Source of the DNA: an uncultured delta proteobacterium
GTDB taxonomy: Bacteria > Desulfobacterota > Syntrophia > Syntrophales > UBA2185
Direction: 5' to 3'
Length of the DNA stretch: 64,000 bases
Assembly: GCA_963729715.1 (NCBI GenBank)
Contig: CAVSPA010000004.1
Coordinates: 64,001 to 128,000, forward strand
Below, one piece after another: positions 17,883-28,028 of this stretch. The notes beneath the pieces are model-generated. The model searched no databases. It saw only the letters and a list, made by a program, of their open reading frames with translations, and was not told the origin of the DNA. The translations under genes were made by a program, and so were the position numbers. Each line of letters begins with the position of its first letter. Positions within the stretch are counted from its first letter, which is position 1.

Positions 17883-19677
17883 CTCTCCATTCTTTGCTTT
17901 CTGCCCAGGCGGGTTGTGCCTCTTTGTAGAGTATGCAGTTTTCCATGACGAGAACATCCATTTCCGTTCTCATAAAACATCGGTATGCATCTTCCGGAGT
18001 GCAGACAATCGGTTCACCACGCACGTTAAAGCTTGTGTTGACGATTATCGGGAAGCCGGTCAGTTTCTCGAATTCAGAGATGACGGCATGAAAATCGCGA
18101 TTATCACGTTGATTGACGGTTTGCACGCGCGCCGAATAATCGAGATGGGTGACTGCGGGGATATCGCTTCTCTTGTATTTGATGCGCTCCAACATGCCCG
18201 CTTTGTCAACCGTTGGCTGAGGGATTCGTCTGCCTTCTTTCAGATAGGAGACCAAAAGCATATATGGACTGCTTGTATTTAGCTCGAAATACTCCGAGGC
18301 TTTTTCCTCCAAGACGGAGGGTGCAAAGGGTCTGAAGGATTCCCGATACTTGATTTTCAGATTCATTATGCTCTGCGTTTCTACGCTGCGGGGATCTCCC
18401 AAAATGCTTCTTGCCCCAAGGGCCCGCGGCCCGAATTCCATGCGACCGGACATGTAGCCAACAATTCGGCCTGCTGCGATCTCTTTTGCAATGGTGACGG
18501 GTCTGTCTATGCTGTCGAGACGCTGAAAAGGATAATGGCTGCTTTCAAGGAAAGCTGTGATGGATTGAGCAGAAAAGCTGGGGCCGAGATATGAGCCATA
18601 CTGGCTGTCCATGTCTTCAGTAATCTTTCGCTCGTTTCCGAGGAATCTATGCCATACAGATAAAGCCGCACCCAAGGCGCCCCCGGCATCGCCGGCGGCT
18701 GGTTGTATCCAGATATTCTCAAAGGGTCCCTCACGCAATATGCGGCCGTTAGATACGCAGTTGAGGGCAACGCCGCCTGCCAGACAAAGATTTTTCTGCT
18801 TGGTTTCCTTATGGACATGAATTGCCATCTTCAACATAATTTCTTCTGTCACGGCCTGAATGCTCGCCGCAATATCCATTTCTCTTTCGGTAATAGGGGA
18901 CTCGGGTTTGCGGGGAGACCCATGAAATAATTTATCGAGGTGCTCACTTGTCATTCGCAAGCCGCCGAGGAAATCAAAATAGGACAGGTTAAGTCGAATT
19001 GATCCGTCCTCCTTGACGTCAACGATCTCCTGCAGAATGAGATTTTTATATATGGGTTTTCCATAAGGGGCGAGCCCCATGAGTTTGTATTCTCCCGAAT
19101 TGACCTTAAAGCCAGTGAAGTAAGTAAAAGCGGAATAAAGCATTCCGAGGGAGTCAGGGAAATGGAGTTCTTTCATTAAATAAATATCATTGCCGGTGCC
19201 ATATCCAAAAGACGCCGTGGCCCATTCGCCCACTCCATCTATAGTTAGAATGGCAGACTTACTGAAAGGGGATGGGTAGAAAGCAGAGGCTGCATGTGCT
19301 TCATGATGTTCCGTGAACAATATGGTCCCTTCGTAGCCCGTTTCTCTACTAATGATCTTTCTAATATGAAGCTTTTGGCGCAGCCATGACGGCATGGCGG
19401 AAAGCCACGATTTAAGACCCTTGGGCGCAATGGTCAGATAAGTCAACAGCAGTCTTTCAAAAGTGAGGAAGGGCTTATCATAGAAGACGACGTAGTCTAT
19501 GTCCTTAACAGAAATCTTTGCCTCTTCGAGACAATAGTTTATTGCATATCGCGGGAATCTCGGATCATGCTTTGATCTGCTGAACCGCTCCTCCTGGGCG
19601 GCGGCGATCACTCGACCGTCCTGTACGAGGCATGCGGCGCTGTCGTGATAAAATGCCGAAATGCCAAGGATGTTCAT
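17863..19677 (-). CDS. O-carbamoyltransferase (NodU/CmcH/SxtI family)
   Basis: HDSAA, EERFSR.KH, EHHEAHAASAF, GEYKLMGLAPYG, EFGPRALGARS, RESFRPFAP, NTSFN. Confidence 0.95.
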   Translation of the reverse strand: MNILGISAFYHDSAACLVQDGRVIAAAQEERFSRSKHDPRFPRYAINYCLEEAKISVKDIDYVVFYDKPFLTFERLLLTYLTIAPKGLKSWLSAMPSWLRQKLHIRKIISRETGYEGTILFTEHHEAHAASAFYPSPFSKSAILTIDGVGEWATASFGYGTGNDIYLMKELHFPDSLGMLYSAFTYFTGFKVNSGEYKLMGLAPYGKPIYKNLILQEIVDVKEDGSIRLNLSYFDFLGGLRMTSEHLDKLFHGSPRKPESPITEREMDIAASIQAVTEEIMLKMAIHVHKETKQKNLCLAGGVALNCVSNGRILREGPFENIWIQPAAGDAGGALGAALSVWHRFLGNERKITEDMDSQYGSYLGPSFSAQSITAFLESSHYPFQRLDSIDRPVTIAKEIAAGRIVGYMSGRMEFGPRALGARSILGDPRSVETQSIMNLKIKYRESFRPFAPSVLEEKASEYFELNTSSPYMLLVSYLKEGRRIPQPTVDKAGMLERIKYKRSDIPAVTHLDYSARVQTVNQRDNRDFHAVISEFEKLTGFPIIVNTSFNVRGEPIVCTPEDAYRCFMRTEMDVLVMENCILYKEAQPAWAESKEWRDDLILD

Positions 19678-20795
19678 AATATCTTGCCGATCCTTAAGAA
19701 TCGCGCGATCTCATCAGCCACGATATTGTGTCCGAGCGGGCTCAAATGGCCATCCGGCAGGTAGAGACTTTCTATGTCCGGATAACGCATGAAATGATCG
19801 GTAAGATTAATAAATAAGATATTATTCGCATTCGCAAAATCACTCATTCTCTGATCTGTTCTAAGTTTATCAGGCATTAATTTCTTATAAGCACGGATAT
19901 TGTTAATGTCCGGTACAAACAGGATGAGCGGAAGACTCTTTATCTGGCGACAATCTGCATTCCAGCGCATCAATATTTGTGTAGTTAGGTTCCAATCGGC
20001 TTCACTGATGATTCTTTGCCCTTGATTGGGACGATCTTTTTGATCGCTTTTCTGAATTGAAAAAGCTCTGTGCGTCAAATAGGCCGCATATTTCTTCCTT
20101 AGGAAGTTAACAAGATGGGAGTGTCCTACCAGGAAGCGATAACCCGGAAAATTCTGTATCCTGATCTGCTGATTGTAATACCTCATCTTGGGTGAGTTTC
20201 CATCATTTGGGAGAGTCTTGATCAATTCACCATCTTTCAGTTGAAATATGCCTCCCTGCCTATTATCGTCAAAATCATTGGCCTCACAAAAAGCTAATAT
20301 AACGAGATCGGGCTGAAAGTTCATGCCGATGCGCTCAAAGAGAACGGTTTCCTGATCATTCCCATAACCTCTGATGGCAGCATTTATGGTTTCAACTCTC
20401 TTGTTTAAACCTTGCTCATTGGCTTTTTTCTCAAATTGTTTGATGTAAGTTTCCGTGAGTTCAACACCCTCTGCCATGCTCATGGAATCGCCAAGGAGAA
20501 GGACGCGAAATGTTCCCGGAGATTTCTGTAAATCATGTTCGCTGTCGCGTAATCCGAGTGAATTGGTTTCCAAATGAAACCATCTTACGGAAGTTCCCTT
20601 TAAATAAGATTTTGTGTTGGGAGGAAGTCGATAAATTAATTCGCTGTCAGCCATAGCGGGCATGGGTACGATCAAATCCTGGGGCATGAAGCAACGGAAA
20701 AAAATCTCCAGCAGGCCCAGGGTGATGAAGATGCTGACAAGGACAAGCAGCGCATTCGTGAATAATGATTTCCAATTCAATTGTAATCTCCTCAA
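19674..20795 (-). CDS. SGNH/GDSL hydrolase-like protein with N-terminal TM
   Basis: LGDSM, INAAIRGYG, DGHLSPLGH. Confidence 0.8.
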   Translation of the reverse strand: MRRLQLNWKSLFTNALLVLVSIFITLGLLEIFFRCFMPQDLIVPMPAMADSELIYRLPPNTKSYLKGTSVRWFHLETNSLGLRDSEHDLQKSPGTFRVLLLGDSMSMAEGVELTETYIKQFEKKANEQGLNKRVETINAAIRGYGNDQETVLFERIGMNFQPDLVILAFCEANDFDDNRQGGIFQLKDGELIKTLPNDGNSPKMRYYNQQIRIQNFPGYRFLVGHSHLVNFLRKKYAAYLTHRAFSIQKSDQKDRPNQGQRIISEADWNLTTQILMRWNADCRQIKSLPLILFVPDINNIRAYKKLMPDKLRTDQRMSDFANANNILFINLTDHFMRYPDIESLYLPDGHLSPLGHNIVADEIARFLRIGKIL

Positions 20796-20831
20796 CTGTT
20801 CAGTACACCTGTAAATGTAAATGCTGAAGCG

Positions 20832-21851
20832 TCATACTTTCCTGGCTATCACTATAAAAAAGCCTCCCTCGCGGCCACCTCTAACGATCATTTCAATATT
20901 AACTATGAATCGTTCTAATCGATTGCCTAATTTGTGAGGCGCGAACAACCTTTCTGATTCAGGAAGGCCTTCAAAGGGCACAGTTTTGGGTATGCTGTTT
21001 ATGAATGTGAACCCGGCTTCCTTTAACCAGCCCAGGACTTCTTCAACCGTATGCTTGGATTCATGAGGATTCTTATACTGATCAAGAAACCAGGCCGTCC
21101 CCTTAGCGGCGCTGATACTTGGATCTACACTTCGTTGGTCAAAGAACTTGAATTTATCTTTTGTCGCATTATTGATAATTCGCCGGATGTCAGTAACGAT
21201 TCTTCCATACTTATGGTAAAGGCCGATAATAATATAACCCTTCGGCCTGACAAGCTTCGCTATTGATTTAAAACCGAGGAAAGGGTCACTCGTGTGATGA
21301 AGAACCCCGTTTGATATGACCAGGTCAAAGGTTTCCTTGTTAAAGCACGGGCGGAACAGGTTCATCTGGTAGAAGTGAGCCCTTTTCAAGTTATTCTTGG
21401 TCTTAAATTGCTGTGCCAGCCTTAAGGAATTTAGAGAAATATCCGTTCCAATCACAGTTCTATTGGCAATCGATAGAAAGTTTGTTAACTGACCCGTACC
21501 GCAACCACATTCTAAAACACGGGTCTTAGTGGGAATCTGCGCGTATAACAATCTTGCAAAAACGCCTTCTCGGGCCTTTTCTATCAACGTTCCAACGTTG
21601 TCAAAATCGTCATAATCGGGAAACGGATTTTTCTCGTAAAATGACCTGATTTTCTGAGTCACATCTTCTTTAGAAGCGTCCCATTCGTTTTGCCAATATA
21701 ACATGGGGATACCATCATTCGTCTTGTATGTTTCTTGACAACCAAGACAAGTGAACTCCCTATCATTATGGATAAACTGTCCACCACATTTTGGACAGCA
21801 TAATATATCCATATCTTCCGCAAGAAAACTTTTTTCTTCATTATTCATCAC
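20832..21851 (-). CDS. Class I SAM methyltransferase with N-terminal Trm112-like Zn finger
   Basis: CPKC..CLGC..Y..NDGIP; VLECGCGTG; GVLHHT. Confidence 0.85.
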   Translation of the reverse strand: MMNNEEKSFLAEDMDILCCPKCGGQFIHNDREFTCLGCQETYKTNDGIPMLYWQNEWDASKEDVTQKIRSFYEKNPFPDYDDFDNVGTLIEKAREGVFARLLYAQIPTKTRVLECGCGTGQLTNFLSIANRTVIGTDISLNSLRLAQQFKTKNNLKRAHFYQMNLFRPCFNKETFDLVISNGVLHHTSDPFLGFKSIAKLVRPKGYIIIGLYHKYGRIVTDIRRIINNATKDKFKFFDQRSVDPSISAAKGTAWFLDQYKNPHESKHTVEEVLGWLKEAGFTFINSIPKTVPFEGLPESERLFAPHKLGNRLERFIVNIEMIVRGGREGGFFIVIARKV

Positions 21852-21903
21852 TTACTGTCGCGTTTTAAAGAGGATTTGCCGTTACAATAAAGACAATCCT
21901 TCT

Positions 21904-23847
21904 TTATCCCGGCCACGTCTCGGTATTTTTCGCGTGCCGCCCATACCAAACCTGGAAGACGATGAGGTTCCATATGTGCCACGATGTATCAACCCTGTTC
22001 GACATCAGATTATTTACAAGCTCCTTGATGACAGCGTAATCGAAGATGCCCTGCCGATCTATAATGTCCTCGGAGAGATGATCCTCAATCAGATATCTCA
22101 AGTCCGTCTTGAGCCATTTGCTGATAGGCATCTCGAATCCCCATTTAGGCCGGTTGTGCAGGGAAGGGGGCAGAATATCCTTGAATGTTTCCATTAGGAC
22201 GTATTTGCTTTTGCCTTTTCGTAGTTTCCAGTCCCCCGTCATGGAAAAGGCTAATTCGCATACCCTGTGGTCCAAGAGGGGCACGCGTACTTCGAGAGCG
22301 TGAAACATACTCATGGCATCCACCTTTGTGAGCATATCGCCGGGAAGGGATTGTTTGAGATCGGCATAAAGCATGCTGTTTATATGGTCGTTCCGCAACT
22401 CATTCAATCTGGATGCCGTCAGTTTCATGCCGAGGTCATAGTCCGTAGTTTTCGAATCGTGCAGAATCACTTTTCTCAAATCACGGGAGAAAATTTCATT
22501 CCAGGTGAAGAAGCGCTCGGCAAAGGTGTCTTTTGCACCTCTCAGAAATTTCTTTGACCTTCTGACATATTCAGAAAGTTTTTCATCGCGTGAGTCGGAA
22601 AGAGACATCAAGAAGGGTTCTATAAATTTCTTTCTGATGAAAAAAGGAAGCAAACGATACCTGCTATACCAGTCTTCACCTTTATACATTCTGTAGCCGG
22701 CAAAGAGCTCATCGCCGCCGTCGCCTGAGAGGGCAACCTTAACCCCTTTTCGAGTCTCCCGGGATACAACAAAGGTTGGCACTGCGGAAGAGTCGCCGAA
22801 AGGCTCATCGAACGAAGCGAGCACCTGTGGGACCGCTTCCAGAATATCCTTAGCGTCGAGCTTGATCTCGTGGTGGTCGGTCCCGTTCATTACTGAAACG
22901 TCCCGCGCGTAATCTGTTTCGTCAAACAGGGGCATGTCTTTGTAGCCGATGGTATATGTCTCGACCGGTCTGCTCGAATTCCGGGCCATCAGCCCCACGA
23001 TAATGCTTGAATCAATGCCGCCGCTGAGGAATGCGCCGAGGGGGACATCTGCGATCATCTGCATGCAGACCGCCTCTTCCAGCGTTTTGAAAAGCTCGCG
23101 TTTGCAGGCATCGAAATCCATCTCCGTACTTCGTACGCGGGGATTCAGGTCGATATTCCAGTACGCGTCTTCCCGCACTTCTCCATTCTGAAAAACGAGA
23201 ATGTGGCCGGGGTTAAGTTTTCTAATGTTCTTGAAAATTGTATAGGGTGCAGGAATATAATTAAACGTCAGGTAGAGATTTAGGGCGTCCCAGTCCATCT
23301 CGCGGTTGACATCCGTATCCTCAAGAATCCCTTTGATCTCTGAGGCAAAGATGAGAGTATTGCCGTCCCACGAATAGACGAGGGGTTTGATGCCGATATG
23401 ATCCCTGCACATGAGGAGCATTTGCTTTCTTTCGTCCCAGAGCGCAAAAGCAAACATCCCGACGAGCCTCTTCACACAATGGACGCCTTCCTCTTCGTAA
23501 AGATGGATTATGGCCTCAGTATCTGTATGAGAATGGAAGCGATGGCCCTTGCCTTCGAGTTCCGTGCGCAGGGATTGAAAATTGTAAACCTCGCCGTTGA
23601 AGACAAGCCAGACACTCTTATCTTCATTACACATGGGCTGCCTGCCCGCCTCGGACAGATCGATGATGCTGAGCCTTCTGTGACCGAGGCCTATCTTCAC
23701 GCGCGAGCCAATAGCCGCGTCACGCGTATTCGTGTAAGTCCCGTCTGCGTCAGGGCCGCGGTGGGAAAGGACGGAAGTCATTCTACGAAGCGCGACTTCA
23801 TCTATGGGTTTTCCATCTATTCTCAGTTTCCCGCAGATTCCGCACAT
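21904..23847 (-). CDS. asnB: Asparagine synthase (glutamine-hydrolysing) family amidotransferase
   Basis: MCGICG, HRGPD, FNGEVYN, LSGGIDSS, SGDGGDELFAGY. Confidence 0.93.
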   Translation of the reverse strand: MCGICGKLRIDGKPIDEVALRRMTSVLSHRGPDADGTYTNTRDAAIGSRVKIGLGHRRLSIIDLSEAGRQPMCNEDKSVWLVFNGEVYNFQSLRTELEGKGHRFHSHTDTEAIIHLYEEEGVHCVKRLVGMFAFALWDERKQMLLMCRDHIGIKPLVYSWDGNTLIFASEIKGILEDTDVNREMDWDALNLYLTFNYIPAPYTIFKNIRKLNPGHILVFQNGEVREDAYWNIDLNPRVRSTEMDFDACKRELFKTLEEAVCMQMIADVPLGAFLSGGIDSSIIVGLMARNSSRPVETYTIGYKDMPLFDETDYARDVSVMNGTDHHEIKLDAKDILEAVPQVLASFDEPFGDSSAVPTFVVSRETRKGVKVALSGDGGDELFAGYRMYKGEDWYSRYRLLPFFIRKKFIEPFLMSLSDSRDEKLSEYVRRSKKFLRGAKDTFAERFFTWNEIFSRDLRKVILHDSKTTDYDLGMKLTASRLNELRNDHINSMLYADLKQSLPGDMLTKVDAMSMFHALEVRVPLLDHRVCELAFSMTGDWKLRKGKSKYVLMETFKDILPPSLHNRPKWGFEMPISKWLKTDLRYLIEDHLSEDIIDRQGIFDYAVIKELVNNLMSNRVDTSWHIWNLIVFQVWYGRHAKNTETWPG

Positions 23848-23851
23848 AAGA

Positions 23852-24643
23852 CTAATGGGTTTCTCGTATTTTGTTCCATGCTTCGGATAGTTTATGGGCT
23901 ATGTGATCAAGCCCGTACTTGCGAACGTATTCCCAGGATGGCTTGTCCTTGAAGAATAGGTATGTGTCTGAAATTTTCGTGAGAAAGATATTGTGATCAT
24001 CATCGTCGATCTGTATCCGGCCGATGCCTGCAGGCGTCGGCGCTTGATTAGTAGGGCATTGAGTGAAAACAGCCTGAAAACCAAGTCCTTGAAGAAAGTC
24101 CCATAAGGATTCTGCGGGAACGCCTTCTTTGAACGCACAATACCTGACCTTTATGTTGGAGTTGCGCTTCATATGCTCCACTGAATTCAAAATACTTTCC
24201 TTAATAGGTTCTTCATCAGTCTTATCGTCGATACGTCTTCCCGAATACGCCAAAAGTCCTATCTCATAGCCACTCCGGATAATTTCCTGGACTCCATTCC
24301 AGTTCAGGCATTGGATAGGCCGCCCATTTATTGATCGCTCGCCGCCTATAGATTCGGAGACAATGAAGAATGTGGCAGGGAAGTGATGTTTTTTCAAGAC
24401 CGGTAGAGCGTTGGTCAGCGCATCTTCATAACCATCGTCAATCGTAATCGCCATCGATTTCGGAGGGAGCTTTATTTTTCCGATGAGATGATCCACGGCC
24501 TGATCAAGAGTAACAACACTATAGCCGTTTTGCGAAAGAAAGTTCATCTGAAACGCAAATGTTTCAGTTGACAGGCCGTCTTCCATCATTTCCACTGGAT
24601 AATTGCCAATGTTATGGTAGAGGAGAATGGGAACTTCCTTCAT
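23852..24643 (-). CDS. Polysaccharide deacetylase (CE4/NodB)-like protein
   Basis: PILLYH, TIDDGY, ATFF; metal-binding H(S/T)xxH replaced by LLAYSG. Confidence 0.75.
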   Translation of the reverse strand: MKEVPILLYHNIGNYPVEMMEDGLSTETFAFQMNFLSQNGYSVVTLDQAVDHLIGKIKLPPKSMAITIDDGYEDALTNALPVLKKHHFPATFFIVSESIGGERSINGRPIQCLNWNGVQEIIRSGYEIGLLAYSGRRIDDKTDEEPIKESILNSVEHMKRNSNIKVRYCAFKEGVPAESLWDFLQGLGFQAVFTQCPTNQAPTPAGIGRIQIDDDDHNIFLTKISDTYLFFKDKPSWEYVRKYGLDHIAHKLSEAWNKIRETH

Positions 24644-25863
24644 TGCTGTTGCTCAGACAAAAGTGTTTGAAATACTTTTTCCGTGGTATCGACATTCCTT
24701 TCCCAGGAATAATTGGCTTCGACAAATGTTCTGCATTGAGAAGATACGCTCTTCCACACGGCAGGATTTTCCTTAAACTGTTGGCATTTTTCAACGATCA
24801 GACCGGCAATGGCTTCCGAGCTCGTATCTTTGAAAAGATAACTGGGATCGAATATGCCAAGAATCTCTTTGGTACCTCCTATCGGTGTACCGAGCACCGG
24901 AGTGCCGCATGCCAGGGCCTCTAAAGTAACGAGGCCGAAACCTTCGAGTTCCAAAGTGGGCAAAATAAATGCGTCAGCCGCTCGGTAGTAGTCGGGCAGG
25001 TCTTGCTCAGGGATGAATCCTACAAATTTAATATTGCCTTCGATCTTCAGCCTACGCGAGAGTTGAACCAGTTCCTCCTTAAGACTGCCGCTTCCACCGA
25101 TAATGAGATAGGCATCGGGTATATTTTCTACGACATCCTTCATGGCTGCAATAAGATTCTCCAGACCCATTCTGGGTACGAGGTTTCTTATGGTGAGCAA
25201 TATCGTCTTTTCTTGAGGGATGTCTAAGCGGCGGCGAATTTCCATTCTATCGCCAGCGGGACGAAATCCTTCTATGTTTATGCCTCCCGGTATGATCACG
25301 ATTTTGGAGGGTGGTATCTTATAGGCGTTCCACAGTTTATCCTGGGTGTAACGACTTAGTACAATGATCTTGTCCGATGCGTTGAGAACCTTCTTTTCAA
25401 CATCCTTCCGCCCCTGAGTGTTGATCCAGCGCATAACACTTGCGATAATACCTCCCATTTTTGGATTCCGGGATTGATACTCTTCGAACGAGAGGGAATG
25501 ACATGTATAAACTTTTCTCAATTGCATACTGAGTGGGGAATTCACAACACCGAGCGAAGAAAACGGCTGATGAAAATTTATGCACGCGAAATTGTATTTT
25601 TCATGCAGAGATTCAAAGAGACGCCGGCTGTTCAATTGGGTCGAACCGTAGAAGGAAAGAATACTGCTTTGATCTATGTCATATCTCCATTCCCGGACGT
25701 TTCCTATGATCTCGCGATCTGATTCATGTGCAGGCAAGCGCCGGGTTATGATGTCTACATTGTGACCCTTCTGCGCCACGCGGGTGCTTTGCTCATAGAG
25801 GACCCTTTCCGCGCCGCCGATAACGTTGCTTATGGAAACATCTGATACGAAGAGAATATTCAA
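24640..25863 (-). CDS. Glycosyltransferase family 4
   Basis: GGAER; PTLELEGFGLVTLEALACG. Confidence 0.92.
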   Translation of the reverse strand: MNILFVSDVSISNVIGGAERVLYEQSTRVAQKGHNVDIITRRLPAHESDREIIGNVREWRYDIDQSSILSFYGSTQLNSRRLFESLHEKYNFACINFHQPFSSLGVVNSPLSMQLRKVYTCHSLSFEEYQSRNPKMGGIIASVMRWINTQGRKDVEKKVLNASDKIIVLSRYTQDKLWNAYKIPPSKIVIIPGGINIEGFRPAGDRMEIRRRLDIPQEKTILLTIRNLVPRMGLENLIAAMKDVVENIPDAYLIIGGSGSLKEELVQLSRRLKIEGNIKFVGFIPEQDLPDYYRAADAFILPTLELEGFGLVTLEALACGTPVLGTPIGGTKEILGIFDPSYLFKDTSSEAIAGLIVEKCQQFKENPAVWKSVSSQCRTFVEANYSWERNVDTTEKVFQTLLSEQQQ

Positions 25864-25879
25864 ACGTCTTTCCTAAAGA

Positions 25880-26046
25880 ACATCATTTTATTATTAAGGT
25901 GTCATATCGACCCCTTCGTTTTCACTCAGGGTAAACTCCGGGAGATATCCTTGTCCCGAACGAAGAGGGGTATCTGCTTCAACGCGTTACAGATTTCTCA
26001 GTCGCTACGCTCCTTCGAAATGACACATTTGTGGGGCAGTGTACTA
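25880..26046. repeat. REP/MITE-like intergenic element (GTCATxTCGA...TCGAAATGAC family)
   Basis: 25880-25912 matches 45124-45156 at 32/33 nt; ends in AGATTTCTC...TCGAAATGACA. Confidence 0.7.
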
Positions 26047-26898
26047 AGCTTTCCGTGCAAGAACTTCCAGGGAAGGACCAATAATAATCCTTCCGCGGCT
26101 GATAAAGTACAATGAATTAACAGCCATACTAATAGTCTTCTTTAAGAGTCGATTGAAGAAGTCAGCGCCTGAAGGCATGGAGTTGCGTATAAAGAGGATT
26201 GAAAAACCATAATCGCCGAGCAACCTTCTAATGAATCTCGGTGTTAAGGAATAGCTATGAGACACAAGGAGATGATTTATAAGGTAATCGGCCTTGAATT
26301 TTATGGACATTCTGAAAAGGGCGGAATGCAAAATACCATTGGAAAATCGAAGGTAGAGCAAGCCTCCGTCTTTAAGTAAAGTCTTGGCTTTCTCAATGTC
26401 CGCCCATGGTTCTGAAGAGAAGCCTGTTGCATCAATCATCGTGACCACGTCAAATTCATTTTCTTGTGACAAATCTTTTAAGGTACCTGTATGAGTAAAT
26501 TTATTGCCTAATAACCTTTCAGAATAATCTATGGAGGCTTCTGAGGGATCGATGCCCGTTATATCCCAACCCCGATTCTTTGCCTCTTTCAGAAAAAAAC
26601 CTAAGCCGCACCCGACGTCCAGAACTTTGCCAACACGGGTTTGACTCTCGATAATGTCCAGCACGTGAGAATATATCGCAGTGCGATATCCGGTCAATTG
26701 ATACTGAGCATAATCTGAAAAATAGCTATCCTGGTAATACTGTATGAGACCTTTCTCGTCCTCGTTTTCTCGGCCGCCTTTAAACATGAGATCACAGCTC
26801 TTACAGTGAAAGTACCGCCTTTCATGAGCGCTAAAATCGAATTCGGCCGCAGAATGGCAATACGGGCACGTTTCTTTAGATGATTTGAATGTATCCAT
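26044..26898 (-). CDS. Class I SAM methyltransferase with N-terminal CxxC...CxxC
   Basis: CPYC, CKSC, VLDVGCGLG. Confidence 0.85.
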   Translation of the reverse strand: MDTFKSSKETCPYCHSAAEFDFSAHERRYFHCKSCDLMFKGGRENEDEKGLIQYYQDSYFSDYAQYQLTGYRTAIYSHVLDIIESQTRVGKVLDVGCGLGFFLKEAKNRGWDITGIDPSEASIDYSERLLGNKFTHTGTLKDLSQENEFDVVTMIDATGFSSEPWADIEKAKTLLKDGGLLYLRFSNGILHSALFRMSIKFKADYLINHLLVSHSYSLTPRFIRRLLGDYGFSILFIRNSMPSGADFFNRLLKKTISMAVNSLYFISRGRIIIGPSLEVLARKA

Positions 26899-28025
26899 TA
26901 ATCCAGCAATGAGTGATACACATTTTCAGTTTCATCGATCATTTTTTTAACCGCAAATTCCTTTTCTACCCTTTTCCTCGCCGCCAACCCTAACGAATGG
27001 GCAAATTCCTTATTTTCAATTAATCTATTTATTGCAGCGGCAAGGGTAACCGGATCCCTCGGCGGAACGAGGATTCCTTCCAGGTCGTCTGTCATTTGTT
27101 CTGTAATCCCGTCAATCCGTGTGGCTACGATAGGCTTTTCCATCGCCATTGCTTCTAAAGTGAGCATTGGGAATCCTTCTAAGAGAGATGGAATCACCAC
27201 GATATCGACAGCGGATAAGATTTCCTTTATGTCACTTCTGAATCCTGCGAATATAATCTTATCTTCGACCTTCAATTGTCGACAAAGGTGTTCGAGATCT
27301 TTTTTCAAGGGACCCTCTCCAACCATAATGACTTTGATTTCTCCGGAGGCTTCGACAACGTGTTGAATGCACCTAACCAGGAATTCAAATCCTTTTTGCC
27401 ATACCATTCTGCCCACGGCGCCCAGCAAAATATCATCTTTGTTCACACCGAGTCCGTCTCTGATTTTGAGACGGAGCGAGGCTGCACCTTCGGGATCATA
27501 ATGGTCAATTTCAATACCGTTGTAAATCTTTACAACTTTTTCAGGTGGGATGTGGTGTTTAGTAATAAATGTGTTTCTTAGAACTTCAGATACGACTATG
27601 AATCTATCGACGTACCTTTCCACGGTCCTGTCCAAGACGAAGTAAATTGATTTTCTCAATAGACCGACATCATATCCCTCGACAGGCATGGCGATGGTGG
27701 ATACATATTTTGTTCGTCCCGCAAGCCTTGCCGCAAGCCGAGCGTAAAATTCCGCCCTCCCACCCTGACCATGGACGATATCAATCTTCTTGTCTTTGAT
27801 AACTCTTATCAATTTGAATATTAGGGAAGGGTTAAATCTTTTTGAAAAGTCCAATGGAATGGAGCAAACGTCTTTGTTAGTCAGAGACTCGTAAAGCTCT
27901 CTGCCAGAGTTGGAAGCGAGATACATTTCGTAGTTCTCGGGTGACAATCCGTTGATGACCTGAGCGAAAACCCTTTCTCCACCGCCAAATTCCAGATTAT
28001 CAATGACAAAAAGCAGCTTCGCCAT
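26898..28025 (-). CDS. Glycosyltransferase family 4
   Basis: GGGER; PSLLEGFPMLTLEAMA. Confidence 0.92.
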   Translation of the reverse strand: MAKLLFVIDNLEFGGGERVFAQVINGLSPENYEMYLASNSGRELYESLTNKDVCSIPLDFSKRFNPSLIFKLIRVIKDKKIDIVHGQGGRAEFYARLAARLAGRTKYVSTIAMPVEGYDVGLLRKSIYFVLDRTVERYVDRFIVVSEVLRNTFITKHHIPPEKVVKIYNGIEIDHYDPEGAASLRLKIRDGLGVNKDDILLGAVGRMVWQKGFEFLVRCIQHVVEASGEIKVIMVGEGPLKKDLEHLCRQLKVEDKIIFAGFRSDIKEILSAVDIVVIPSLLEGFPMLTLEAMAMEKPIVATRIDGITEQMTDDLEGILVPPRDPVTLAAAINRLIENKEFAHSLGLAARKRVEKEFAVKKMIDETENVYHSLLD

Positions 28026-28028
28026 GAT

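Noticed and set aside
17312..19677. Saxitoxin biosynthesis
   Set aside because: Only the carbamoylation triad is present; no sxtA/sxtG-like genes, and the context is polysaccharide
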